Shown here: positions 41,639-51,764 of the stretch, one piece after another
Numbering within the stretch: position 1 is the stretch's first letter
How the letters are laid out: each line of letters starts with the position of its first letter
Translations under genes and position numbers: made by a program
Notes under the pieces: generated by a model
The model's database searches: none
The model's input: only the letters and a program-made list of their open reading frames with translations
What the model was told of the DNA's origin: nothing
Source: Polyangiaceae bacterium
GTDB taxonomy: Bacteria > Myxococcota_A > Polyangia > Polyangiales > Polyangiaceae
Assembly (NCBI GenBank): GCA_044376115.1
Contig: JBILLK010000016.1
Location: 128,001-192,000 of the forward strand
DNA: 64,000 nucleotides
Reading direction: 5' to 3'

Positions 41639-44200
41639 TCAGCGCACGATGCGCGCGATCGCCACCGACTTGAGCGCTGCTGCATGCGACTCGTATTGGT
41701 CGGCTTGGAAGTGCGCCTCGACCAGCGTCCGCATCCGCAAGCGACGAAAGAGCGGAAGCTTCTTCCCCAGTGCCTCCGGGAGATAGATCGGTATCCCGTT
41801 GGAGCTCCCGGCGAAGAAGAACTCCCCGCGAATATGCGGATCTCCAAACACGTTGCGCTTTTGGAAGCTACGCCGATCGAGCAGCGCTCGTTCGGTTTGG
41901 TCATCGAGGAAGGTCGGCCCCACCACGCGATCGCTGTTGAGGAAGGCCTCACGAATGCGCCCGCTCATCGACGCAGCGACCTCGGGCGAGGCCACCAAGC
42001 CCGGCGCACCGAGGAAAGCCGTGCCGGCCTCGATATGCTTCTTGAGCGGTTCATCGGTTCCAGCGAAGGGCAGCGCCGTGGCGATGGTGGCCTTCAGCAT
42101 CTCGATCTCGTCGAAGTCGAAGCGCACTTCGCCCAAGAGCAGCAATAACTGCGGAGCGAAACGCCCGTCGGAGCGCACTGCGTCGAGCAGCGCATTATCG
42201 ACCGAGTCGAGGCCGCTCGGTGTACCGCGCGCGATCACCTCATACACCTCGCGACGGTCTTCCATATCCGAAGGATCATCGCTGGCCGCGCCTTCATCCA
42301 CCTCCGGATCGAAGCGACCTTGCTCGAGCTTATCGAGCAGCTTCTTCCATTCGGGCCGCCGACGAATGCGCGGAGCGATCTCCGGGTTGAACCAAATCAG
42401 ATGCAGGACGTCCCCTTCGATCACGCGCGGTGCCGCCGGTACAGCGCCGGGACGTTTTGGATCGGCGGCAGCGTTGGACGCGCCGACCAAGCCGGTCAAC
42501 GCGGCCGCAGAAGCGTGCGTTGGCAGCACCGCAGGGGGCGCGAGCGGCGCTCCCACCGGCGCAGGAGCCGCCAAGGCGGCGCTGCTCGCACCGATGATCG
42601 AAGGGCCGGGAGGCGGCGGTGCTACCCCCGGCATCGCCATCGGTGGGACGGTCTTGATCTCGTTCGCGCGGTAGGGCTCGGCGAAGGTTGGCGGTGGAGG
42701 TTGGGGCGCGGGCGCTGCGGCTGGTGCAAAGGCCGGAGGGAAGGCTGGCGGCGAGAACCCTGGTTTGACCATGGTTGCCGTCCCGGGGGCGATCATCGTC
42801 GCAGGCCCCGAGGAAGCGATCATCGTCGCAGGCCCCGAGGAAGCGATCATCGTCGCAGGCCCGGCGGAGGTCGCAGCGGCCACCGGCGGCCCGAGCCCGG
42901 GTTGCCACGAGAACGCTGGCGGCTTCGCGGGTTCGGGGAAGGGGGGCTCGGTGCCCGTTGGAAGTGGCGGTGGCAATGAACCCTCGTTGAAGGGAAGCCC
43001 ACCGCGCCGAGCTGCGCTCTGAAACGGTAGCCCGGCGGCGGACAGCCCGGGCGCGCTCGTCTTTTCGGGCGCAAGAAACTCCTTGGCAGCGGTGTGCTGC
43101 TCGAGGCTGTCGAGCATGGTCTCTCGGCCGCTGGGCAAGGAGAGCGCGGCCAGGTGCTGCGTTACTTCGGAGTGTCGCTCGAGCGCTGGTGCTTCTTGAG
43201 CGCGCTCTTGCGGCTGGGTTTCATGTTGGACGGTGCGCCAGCTGGTCGTCGCTTTGTCGAGCTCGGTCTTTACGCGAAACGTCTCTGCCGGATGCTCGAT
43301 CGGAAAGTGACCGCGGAAGGTCAACATCAAGAGACCGCGATCGGTGTCGATCCAAACCGTATCTGCGCGCAGCTTCGGTCGTTCGCTGCCACCGCGGCGC
43401 TCCACCATCACGCGCGGTCGCAACCCCGGGAGTTGCGCGCCGACCAAAGGATGCTCGCGATGGAGGTTCTCGAGCAGCAGCGCGCCGTCATCGGGGATCT
43501 CGTCGCACTGTTGATCGAGCGGTGCGACGTTGAAGAACCCGAAGTCGAACTTGTCTGGGATCGGCTCGCTAGCGAGCGACTCGAGCACCGGCGGTGTTCG
43601 CCCAAAGGGCAGATAGGCCGTTCGCTGCGGCCAGTTCTGCCCGACGGGGCCCAAGCCGATCGGATCGAACGGGCCGTTCATGTCCTCGGCGCGTCCAACC
43701 GCGACCATGTTCGGCAACACCGAGCGACCGTACGAATCCCGCGCGCCGTGACGGATGCCGACGGGGTTCGCCGTTCCGACTCCGCCCGCTGCACGTTCAT
43801 ACGCCGTCGACATCCGCACGAAGCGTTGTCCCTGGTAGATGGTGCCGTCTGCACCGATCGATCGGTCCATCACCAGCTCCACCGATTTGTCGATCGACTC
43901 GAATCCGACGCGCGCGACGAGCGAGCGAACAGGCTTTGCTCCCGGCGCAAAAGCGTGGCCCACCACGACCACGTCGCACTTCGACTTGGAGGGGATGACG
44001 TCACACGCGGAAGTCAACGAGCGGTTGGGATCATCGTTCCAAAACGCATCGTGAAAAGAGATCGGCTCTTGTGCGTCGGCCAGCGCGAGCTCTGTCGGGC
44101 GAATGACGAAGGTGAGCTTCGATACAACGGTGACCCAGTACGTCGCTGGTCGAGGTTGCCAGACCAACGTGGATACGGGCAGAGCCGAACTCTCGACCAT
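41639..44200 (-). CDS. DUF2169 (T6SS accessory) protein with a Pro-rich linker and extra C-terminal domain
   Basis: VVSKLTF, K.KCDVVVVGHA, YERAAGG..NPVG, FFNVAPLDQ, LENLH, DTVWIDTD. Confidence 0.85.
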   Translation of the reverse strand: MVESSALPVSTLVWQPRPATYWVTVVSKLTFVIRPTELALADAQEPISFHDAFWNDDPNRSLTSACDVIPSKSKCDVVVVGHAFAPGAKPVRSLVARVGFESIDKSVELVMDRSIGADGTIYQGQRFVRMSTAYERAAGGVGTANPVGIRHGARDSYGRSVLPNMVAVGRAEDMNGPFDPIGLGPVGQNWPQRTAYLPFGRTPPVLESLASEPIPDKFDFGFFNVAPLDQQCDEIPDDGALLLENLHREHPLVGAQLPGLRPRVMVERRGGSERPKLRADTVWIDTDRGLLMLTFRGHFPIEHPAETFRVKTELDKATTSWRTVQHETQPQERAQEAPALERHSEVTQHLAALSLPSGRETMLDSLEQHTAAKEFLAPEKTSAPGLSAAGLPFQSAARRGGLPFNEGSLPPPLPTGTEPPFPEPAKPPAFSWQPGLGPPVAAATSAGPATMIASSGPATMIASSGPATMIAPGTATMVKPGFSPPAFPPAFAPAAAPAPQPPPPTFAEPYRANEIKTVPPMAMPGVAPPPPGPSIIGASSAALAAPAPVGAPLAPPAVLPTHASAAALTGLVGASNAAADPKRPGAVPAAPRVIEGDVLHLIWFNPEIAPRIRRRPEWKKLLDKLEQGRFDPEVDEGAASDDPSDMEDRREVYEVIARGTPSGLDSVDNALLDAVRSDGRFAPQLLLLLGEVRFDFDEIEMLKATIATALPFAGTDEPLKKHIEAGTAFLGAPGLVASPEVAASMSGRIREAFLNSDRVVGPTFLDDQTERALLDRRSFQKRNVFGDPHIRGEFFFAGSSNGIPIYLPEALGKKLPLFRRLRMRTLVEAHFQADQYESHAAALKSVAIARIVR
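42789..42862. repeat. 27-bp coding tandem repeat x~3 (GPATMIASS)
   Basis: GCGATCATCGTCGCAGGCCCCGAGGAA units. Confidence 0.9.
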
Positions 44201-44303
44201 CGATTCAATCTTCCTGGGAGCGGTTACAACGCTGGTTGCTGCAACGAGACGAACCTCGCAACACTAACAACGCTCGCGGCGCGCGTCATGCTCGATGCTG
44301 GGC

Positions 44304-44795
44304 TCAGCTCGGTGTTTGCACCGGAGCGACCCGCTCGAACCCAACGCCGAGCAGCCCACCATCCGCACGCTCGACCAGCGCGCCAAAGCGGCACTTCTCG
44401 CGCAGCACACACGCGACTTCATTGCCCGCCGTCTCACCCGGCGGGAGCACCAACAGCTCATCCCCCTCGCGCATCGCTGCAAAGCGTTGCACCGAGTCGG
44501 AGAGCTTCTGTAGCGGCTCCGGTGTCGACCCCAAAGCCGGAAATAACTGATCGCTGGTCGTACGTCGCACGAGCCCGCGCTCAAAGAGTACGTCGGTGCG
44601 CCCACGGAGCGTGAACAACACCACGCCTAGGCGGCGCTCGTCACCTGCTTGCAATTGCACCACCCGCCCCGGCGGAGGTAGTTCGCTCGCATCGACGAGA
44701 CGCCCACCGAGCCGCTCGCGCAGTTGCTCCACCGTTGGCACACTGCTGCTCGTGCTGAGCTCCTTCAGCAAGGGAAGCGACAGCCGTTTGACCAT
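44304..44795 (-). CDS. Hypothetical protein coupled to the kinase
   Basis: TGATG overlap with the kinase stop; short beta-rich segments. Confidence 0.55.
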   Translation of the reverse strand: MVKRLSLPLLKELSTSSSVPTVEQLRERLGGRLVDASELPPPGRVVQLQAGDERRLGVVLFTLRGRTDVLFERGLVRRTTSDQLFPALGSTPEPLQKLSDSVQRFAAMREGDELLVLPPGETAGNEVACVLREKCRFGALVERADGGLLGVGFERVAPVQTPS

Positions 44796-46192
44796 CAATT
44801 GCGGTCTCGGAAGGGATCGAAACCGCCCCCGGTAGGCGGCGCTTTCACCGTCGGCGCAGGCGCTGCTTCCGAGGTCTTTTGTGGGCGCGCGCTAGGGATC
44901 GGACCGGGGCGCCCAGTCTTGACCGCTGGCGCGCTCACACTGGTCGTACTGGTCGCGCTGCTGACGGGGACGATCACTGGCGTTGCTGTCGCTGACGCCG
45001 CGGCTCCACTGCGTGCCGCCCGAGCGGCCAGCGAAGTGTCGAGCATTGGCTGCAAGGCCAGCACCGTACCGGTCGGTGTCTTCGAGCTGCGATAAGCCGA
45101 TACAGCGAGTCCGACGAGCACTGTCGTAACCACCAAGAGCCCAGCTAGTGCTATCGAGAAAAGCCTTGTTTTTGCGCGCTTCGTTTCGACCGTGCCGTCA
45201 TTCCAAAAGGCTGCGCTGGTGACCGGATCCGAGCGCCGCGTGTCCACCCAACGCTGGGCGCGCGCCGTGGTTCCTACGCCGCGAGCGCCGGCCCACGGCT
45301 CGAGCACCCGCGCCAGCTCGGCCACCGTTTGAAAACGTTGGTTCGGATCTTTGGCCAAACACTTCGCGATCATTGCGTCGAAATGCGCCCCCAAGCGTGG
45401 GTTCACCACCGAAGGCGGCGGCGGATCACGCTCGAGGATCTGCGCCGTAATGTGCGAGACGGTATTGCCGCCAAACGCTGGCCGGCCGGTGAGCAGCTCA
45501 TACAAGATTGTGCCGAGAGACCAAACGTCGGCGCGCGAATCAACATCGCCCGACGAGCGGATTTGCTCGGGCGACATGTAGAGCGGCGTGCCCAGCGCGA
45601 CCGCTGTCAGCGTTTGCACCAAGAGCTGCTCATCATCCTGCACCAGGCTCTTGGCGATGCCGAAGTCGAGCACCTTCACCAGCGGTGAGCCGTCCGGCTT
45701 GTTGGTGAGAAACAGGTTGGAGGGCTTGAGATCGCGGTGGACCATGCCCTGCGCGTGGACCTCGGCCATGCCCTCACAGGCCTGCAAAATGAAGAGCGCC
45801 GCCAAGCTCGGCTCCAGCGCTCCGCGACGCAATACCGCCGAGAGGTCGGCGCCATTGAGCAGCTCCATCACGATGATCGGCCGGCCCTGATGCTGGGCTA
45901 CCTCGATCACCCGCACGCTGTTTTCCCCGCGCACCGAGGCCGCTGCGCGACCTTCGTTCAAGAAGCGCCCTACTGCCTCCTGATTGGCTAGGTGCTTCGC
46001 GTGCAGGATCTTGAGGGCAACCGTGGCTCCAGGAGGCAGATTTTGCGATGCCTCGGGCGAGGCCAGGTGGCGCGCCTCGAATACCGTTCCCATACCTCCA
46101 CGGCCGATTGGCCGCGTGATCTCGAAACGACCGGCGACAACGTCACCGACGTTGACGGTCTCATCCGAGGGGTCAGCGGTCTGGGTCCACAA
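44795..46192 (-). CDS. Hanks-type Ser/Thr protein kinase with a C-terminal TM
   Basis: GRGGMG, VALK, HRDLKPSN, DFG, YMSPEQ, DVWSLG. Confidence 0.95.
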   Translation of the reverse strand: MWTQTADPSDETVNVGDVVAGRFEITRPIGRGGMGTVFEARHLASPEASQNLPPGATVALKILHAKHLANQEAVGRFLNEGRAAASVRGENSVRVIEVAQHQGRPIIVMELLNGADLSAVLRRGALEPSLAALFILQACEGMAEVHAQGMVHRDLKPSNLFLTNKPDGSPLVKVLDFGIAKSLVQDDEQLLVQTLTAVALGTPLYMSPEQIRSSGDVDSRADVWSLGTILYELLTGRPAFGGNTVSHITAQILERDPPPPSVVNPRLGAHFDAMIAKCLAKDPNQRFQTVAELARVLEPWAGARGVGTTARAQRWVDTRRSDPVTSAAFWNDGTVETKRAKTRLFSIALAGLLVVTTVLVGLAVSAYRSSKTPTGTVLALQPMLDTSLAARAARSGAAASATATPVIVPVSSATSTTSVSAPAVKTGRPGPIPSARPQKTSEAAPAPTVKAPPTGGGFDPFRDRN

Positions 46193-46246
46193 ATCGCTCC
46201 AAGTTTCGCACGTTTCAGCACGTGGGCGAGCGCTCTTTGTGCGGCT

Positions 46247-47623
46247 TCAGGTCGGCGGCTCGATCGGCGGAAGATCCGCTTCTTTCACGTCGGGCGCGAC
46301 AATCACGATCTCTTGTGTGGGTGGATAAATATCCACCGATTCTTCGACCTTCACCTCGCCTGAAGCGAGGTCTTCCACCGTCTTCAAGCGCAAGATCGAG
46401 AGACCACGTTTGCCACGTTGCTTCACCTTGAACTCGCCCGCCGGCAGAAAGCCGCTGCGTTCGAGTTTGCGCGAATACTTCAATATGGCCTTCGTTTGTG
46501 TGGCCAAGCTCACGTTCACTTCACGCTTTTTCCCGAGCAGCTTGACCGCCATCACGCCGCCTTTCGCGCTGGCCGAGAGCACGATCGGGTAGTCGAACGG
46601 GTTGCGCACCTTCAGGTCCAACACCGGGTACGAGACCGTCGCGTCCAACCCGCTGCGAATGTACGCGCTCGGCCGCGAGTGATTGCGCCGTTGCTCCACC
46701 AGCAGGCCCGCGTAAAAAGCCGCTGCGTAAACCGTGCTTGCGGCTTGGCAGGCGCCACCGCCGATGCCCTCCCGCATCTCGCCCTTGTAGATCTCCGGTG
46801 CGGGGAAGAAGCCGTTATCGGTGGTCCGCGGGCCAACGATCTCATTGAAGCTGATCTGTTCGCCCGGCATCAGCACCGTACCGTCGAGCTGCGCGGTCGC
46901 TCGCTCGATGTTCTTGTTGCGACCCGGCGCGCCACCAAACTTCGTCTCGAAGCTGCCCAGCGTGGTCGAGATGTCCGCCGCCGCGACCGCGGCCTCGGTG
47001 GCTACCGGCGCCCACGGCCTGCGCCCAACCTTCGCCTGCGCGTCGCCCGCCTGCGCAGCGACGAGCAACGCCTCAGCCACCGCATAAACGTCCACCAGTG
47101 CGCCGTTCTCGTGCGGCGCCACTCGATCGCTCGCTCCGTCCAGCAGCCGCCGAGCCGCCCGCGGCTTGCGATCCGTCTCTTCCTTCAGCGCGCTCAGCTT
47201 CTCGCTCAAGAGCTCCACCGGCAAATCGAAGTGCAACGGCAGATCCACCTCGCCCGCCGCCGCACGTCGCGCAGCGTTCACCTTCTCCAACGTCGACCCT
47301 TCATGGCCGTAGCGCTCAGCCTCCGCGACCACCGCCTGTACGTCGGCCGAGCCACCGAGCTCGCGCAAGGTCATCCCGCCCAGCGACTGCTCATCGAGCA
47401 CGAGCTCCACCGGCAAATCGAGCGTCTGTGCGGCGCGTGCCTCCACGAATGCGAGCAGCTCGCCGTCCGCCGGCACCGGCTCCCCTGCGACGCGCAGCCC
47501 CGTCGCAACGCGGCCCTCCGCCGTCACCTCTTGCAACAGGCTCTGCTTCGAAAAATGAAAGCCCGCCGTCAACGCCGAACCGGCGAACAGCAACGAGGCG
47601 AGCAGAACAACGACGCGCTTCAT
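46247..47623 (-). CDS. VanW family protein
   Basis: RNKNI, SFNEIVGPR, GGGACQAAST, HS, DATV, N-terminal TM. Confidence 0.88.
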   Translation of the reverse strand: MKRVVVLLASLLFAGSALTAGFHFSKQSLLQEVTAEGRVATGLRVAGEPVPADGELLAFVEARAAQTLDLPVELVLDEQSLGGMTLRELGGSADVQAVVAEAERYGHEGSTLEKVNAARRAAAGEVDLPLHFDLPVELLSEKLSALKEETDRKPRAARRLLDGASDRVAPHENGALVDVYAVAEALLVAAQAGDAQAKVGRRPWAPVATEAAVAAADISTTLGSFETKFGGAPGRNKNIERATAQLDGTVLMPGEQISFNEIVGPRTTDNGFFPAPEIYKGEMREGIGGGACQAASTVYAAAFYAGLLVEQRRNHSRPSAYIRSGLDATVSYPVLDLKVRNPFDYPIVLSASAKGGVMAVKLLGKKREVNVSLATQTKAILKYSRKLERSGFLPAGEFKVKQRGKRGLSILRLKTVEDLASGEVKVEESVDIYPPTQEIVIVAPDVKEADLPPIEPPT

Positions 47624-47680
47624 CAGCCGAGGCAACCTACGCTCGCGCGGGGTTGCTTCATTCCGCGAACAATCAGCTTC

Positions 47681-49150
47681 CTAGATCGCGCCATTCAGAT
47701 CATCCACCGACAGGGCGTCCGCGTTCTGGTCACTCCCTTCTCCGCCGATGCGCGGTCGCACCGTGCGTAGATCGAGCGAAGGGTCCACCACGCTAACGTC
47801 CACCTCGCCGATCTCCACCCATTCTGTCCCGTTGTGTACGTCAAAAACAGCGGTGGTCGCGCTGAGGCCGCGCATGCGCAGCGCCTTTACCTCGCTCGGT
47901 GCGAAGAGCTTCGAAGCCAAGGTGGTAATCGTATTGGGCCCAACCACGCGGTGCTTCACCGCCACGCGCAGAGTGTTGGGCACCGCATCCGTCTCAACCA
48001 CCAGATAGAGCAGTTTCTCGAGGTTCTCGGTCAGGCCCGGCGCAACATAAAGGAAAAGCCGCTCGTCAAAGCCAGGCGCAGGGGCGTCTGTCACCCGCAG
48101 TGAAAGGGACGAGCCGACCAAGTTGAAGGGCGTACGCGCGGTGAGGCCAGCAAAGCCGCCATTGGAGCAGCTGATGTCCAGCGTACCGGCGGTACCCACC
48201 GTGCAACTTCCAATGACCGTGCGCAGCCATTGAGCACTGGGCACCGCGAAGTCATCCACTATCTGCTCGGTTGGGCAAAGCGGTGTAACGTCTTGCTGCC
48301 CGTAGATCGCATTGAAGCGCACCACCTGATCCAGCACCGGCGCTGTGCTCTTGGCTCGTCCCCCCATGTAGACGTGGGTGAACTCCGGCTCAATTAGCGT
48401 GTCTTCGACGGTTAGCAGCGAGGTCCAGCCCGTGTTCGGATCCAAATGCTCGAACTCGATTGAGCCTGCCTCATGGCGAAAGCGCAGGTTTTGGTGCTTC
48501 GCGAAGTTGAACGGAATCTGTAGCAGCGTGACTTCCTCGGTATCCCCATCCGCGTCGGTGTCGGTCTTGGCCAGGAGCTCCATGGAACCGTCATGCACAT
48601 AAAACTCGAGGTACTTCTGGTAGTTCACGTCGGGGCCGACGGCCACCCACAGCTCCGTTGTAGCGGAGGGAGGCTCGCCGATCTCAAAGCCAATCCAGCG
48701 CTCCCGCAGGTCGAAGGCGCGGTTCGTGACGATCTCTGAATAGCTATTAGGCCCGCCCAGCGTGAGCTCCAGCTGGCCGCCGCCGAGCGATACTTTGCCG
48801 GGAATCGGCGAGTTGCCCTCCTTGTGGGTCCAACGGCCATCAAGGTCGTCGGCGTCGAAGCTATCCGCCGAATAGTCGATCACGCCGCACACCGGCGGCG
48901 CCCCGCCCATTCCGCCGCCACCGCTCGACATCCCGCCGAGTCCGCCGCTGCCCCCCGGCCCGTTGCCCCCCGGCCCACTCCCGCCAGGCGCACCAGCGCC
49001 AGGCCCCGTGCCTCCGCCGCCTGTGGCCGGCGTTCCACCGTTACCGCCGCTCGTCTCGAAGCGCTCCCAATCGCGACAGCTCGCGACCAGCAGCCCCAGC
49101 GCAACCACTGTCCCAAGCCAGCTCGAGGAGCAACGCTGTGAGTTCCGCAT
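47681..49150 (-). CDS. Hypothetical lipoprotein (Gly-rich linker, two beta-sandwich-like domains)
   Basis: LVASC lipobox; Gly-rich linker; two segments opening C...D.F. Confidence 0.65.
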   Translation of the reverse strand: MRNSQRCSSSWLGTVVALGLLVASCRDWERFETSGGNGGTPATGGGGTGPGAGAPGGSGPGGNGPGGSGGLGGMSSGGGGMGGAPPVCGVIDYSADSFDADDLDGRWTHKEGNSPIPGKVSLGGGQLELTLGGPNSYSEIVTNRAFDLRERWIGFEIGEPPSATTELWVAVGPDVNYQKYLEFYVHDGSMELLAKTDTDADGDTEEVTLLQIPFNFAKHQNLRFRHEAGSIEFEHLDPNTGWTSLLTVEDTLIEPEFTHVYMGGRAKSTAPVLDQVVRFNAIYGQQDVTPLCPTEQIVDDFAVPSAQWLRTVIGSCTVGTAGTLDISCSNGGFAGLTARTPFNLVGSSLSLRVTDAPAPGFDERLFLYVAPGLTENLEKLLYLVVETDAVPNTLRVAVKHRVVGPNTITTLASKLFAPSEVKALRMRGLSATTAVFDVHNGTEWVEIGEVDVSVVDPSLDLRTVRPRIGGEGSDQNADALSVDDLNGAI

Positions 49151-49183
49151 GACCGCCCAGGCTACCGGCCGGGCCCGGCCTTG

Positions 49184-49825
49184 TCACCTGCGCGCAGCCG
49201 CCCGCAGTCGCCGTACTTCCGCCTCGAGCTCCGCAGCCCGAGCGTCAGCTGTCTGCCGCGCCTCTCGCTCCGAGAGCAACAGCTCGCCGGCCTCGTTTTT
49301 CAAGCGCAAGCACGCTTTGTCGATTGGGCTCTCGCCCACGAGCCAGCTACCCCCGAGCACCATCGCCGGCGCCGATTCGTTAACCACCTCGCGCTCCATC
49401 AATTGCTCGCCCTCACGGTGCCAAATGCGCAAACGCTGGCCGTCCTCGGCCTCCGGATCGAAGAGCACGAGCTCGAGTACGCCGAGCTCGCGATAATGCA
49501 GTAATTTCTCCTCCCACGGCTCGTTCGGGCTGGCGATCTCCACCGCGAGCTGCGGCGCGCCCCGCTCCCACGTCTTCCACGACGGGAAGTTGTCATTGAG
49601 CCCGCCCATACAAACGAAGGCATCCGGCGCAACACACTTTCGCGGATCATTCGCGCGGTAATAGACGAACTGATCCGAGCCAATCGCCGCACGCTCCCCA
49701 AATGTGCGCTCGAGCACTTCGTAAATGAACGTCCGCAACTTCAAGTGCCGCTTGGATTCAGGCATCTCCGCGGCCTCCGGGAAATGCAGCGCCTCGCACG
49801 GTAACGACATTGGGACCTCGCTCAC
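49184..49825 (-). CDS. Uma2 family PD-(D/E)xK endonuclease
   Basis: MPES..H, APDAFV, PQLAVEIAS, EK..Y..LGV.E..LFDP; coiled-coil tail. Confidence 0.88.
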   Translation of the reverse strand: MSEVPMSLPCEALHFPEAAEMPESKRHLKLRTFIYEVLERTFGERAAIGSDQFVYYRANDPRKCVAPDAFVCMGGLNDNFPSWKTWERGAPQLAVEIASPNEPWEEKLLHYRELGVLELVLFDPEAEDGQRLRIWHREGEQLMEREVVNESAPAMVLGGSWLVGESPIDKACLRLKNEAGELLLSEREARQTADARAAELEAEVRRLRAAARR

Positions 49826-49997
49826 GTTTGGAAGGTAGCATTGCTACCGCTATTGCATAGACCGGGCCTGCAATCGCCGGCCGCTTTAGCGCGTATTTGC
49901 CTGCTACAGCCTAGCTTTCGCCCGGCGGCCGCGCGTAGGTGCCGTGGCGCCCGCCAAGCGGCGACATCCTGCCCCTGACTGCTGTACCTTCGCGCCG

Positions 49998-50825
49998 ATG
50001 AAGGCTCGCTCCCGCCAGCCAGCGGCTCCGCCTCGCGCAGCAGAGCTTGCTACCTCGCTCGCCCGTCGCCTGGTGCCCCAACGTGCAGCGGCGCTCGCGC
50101 GCATCTTCACGCAGTTCGAAGCGGCGATCGATCACATCGACGACGTGCAGGACGGCGCTCGATCAAGCTCAGCGTTGCTCGCCGCACATCAGCAACTCCT
50201 GCACAGCCTGCTGCACGCCTCTCCCGAGCTGCGCACGCTCTTGCTCGAGGCCGGGCTCGAGCTACTGCGCGGCCAACGCGAAGATCTCGCCGGCCTGGTG
50301 AAACCGCGGCCCGGTCTCCCTGCAGCGCGCTCCGCGAGCCGCATCCAAGAGCGCAAATCCGGGGCGCTCTTCGCCGTCTTCGTCGAGGCCGTCGCGCTCG
50401 AGGCCCAACGCCCGGCGCAACCGCTGGTGCAATGGGCTCGCAGCTACGGCACGCTCTTGCAGCACCTCTCCGACGCCGCCACCTTGTTCGCTGAAGACGC
50501 GCCCGAAGACTGGCTGCTCCTGCGCCCAACGCGCGCGCTCTCCTTACCGCTCCAGCACAAAAGCACCCGCGCCAGGCGCCGCGAATGTCGCTCCGGTGAG
50601 CGGCGCTGCGATGGGCGGGCAGGCCGCGCCGCGATGGCGAATGTCGCTTGGGTAGGCGGTCGTTGGACTCCGCCGGGTCCAGCCGGGCGCATCGTGATCG
50701 CCAAGCGCGAGGTTGTTGCGGCGCCAAGCGCGAGCCCTCGCTTGGCGGGCTCTGCTAGCTTGCTGGCCGATGCGCGCGCAGGCCTACGCTTTTTTAGACG
50801 CTCTGTCGGAGCCGGAGCCGCCTGA
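49998..50825 (+). pseudogene. Trans-isoprenyl-diphosphate-synthase-fold (ComQ-like) domain; reading frame appears to break near 50580-50710
   Basis: IDDVQD (DDxxD), GQREDL, KSGALF, degenerate second motif LQHLSD; translation looks non-native after about 50580. Confidence 0.65.
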
Positions 50826-51755
50826 GTTGGAGGAGGAGCTGCGCGAGCGCGAGGTGGAGCGCTGGTTCTTCGATCACCCTCGTGTGGCCTCGCTTGTGGG
50901 CTGGGGCATTGCAGCGGGCGAGCGCCCGGAGGGCGAGCTCGTGGTGCTGCTGCGCGCCGGCGAGCCGCTCGTGTTACCGCGGGAGCTCGGCGGGCGGCGG
51001 GTGCGCACGATGGAGGTGGGGCCGGCTCGCTTGTTGGCGATGTTTGCTTTGCCGCTGCCACGGCCGGTGCCGTGGGGCGCGCGCATTAGCCACTTGCACG
51101 GCTCGCAAGGCAGTTTGGGCTGCCTTGCGTATCGCGGGGAAGAGGCCTTCTTACTCTCCAATTGCCACGTCATCGCCAATAGCGGCGCGGCCCAGCTGGG
51201 GGACGCCATCGTCCAGCCGCCGATGAGTCTGCGCCCCGCGCGCGACGCGATTGCCTACTTGAGTGACTTCGCCCCGGTGCGAACACAGCGACCCATCCGC
51301 TTCGCGAACATAATAATACCGTGGATGCGGCGATAGCACGTTTGCGCGAGCCCAATGCTCGCGTGCGGCGCGGCTACGTGGCCAGCGCGCTGCCGGAGGG
51401 TCCCTCGCTAAGTAGCTATCGGTTGACGCGGCACATTGCGCCGGGTTTGCCTGTCTGCAAGCTGGGCGGTATGAGCGGTAAAACCCACGGCGTGGTCAAG
51501 CTCGTGCGGGCCAGCTTCCAGGTCCCCTTCGGCGACGGCATCGCCATGTTTCGACGTCAGCTCTTGACCAGCTTGCTCGGGGAGCCCGGGGACTCGGGGT
51601 CGCTGGTCTTCGAGCCAACGCAGGGCTCGGCGGTGGGGCTCTTGTTTGGTCAATTGGGCGCAGCCGGGCAGGAGCGCCTATCGATGGTAAGCCCGATCGA
51701 GTCGGTGCAACGGCGCTTGGCCATTCGAGTAGCCCCGCGCTGCTGGCAGCGCTAA
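50713..51755 (+). pseudogene. NAL1-like trypsin serine protease split by a 1-bp frameshift (pseudogene or sequencing error)
   Basis: SNCHV in one frame, VDAAIA and GDSGS in another; adding one C at 51297-51298 gives IPLREHNNTVDAA, matching the paralog LPLKDQNNLVDAA. Confidence 0.8.
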
Positions 51756-51764
51756 ACGTTGAGT

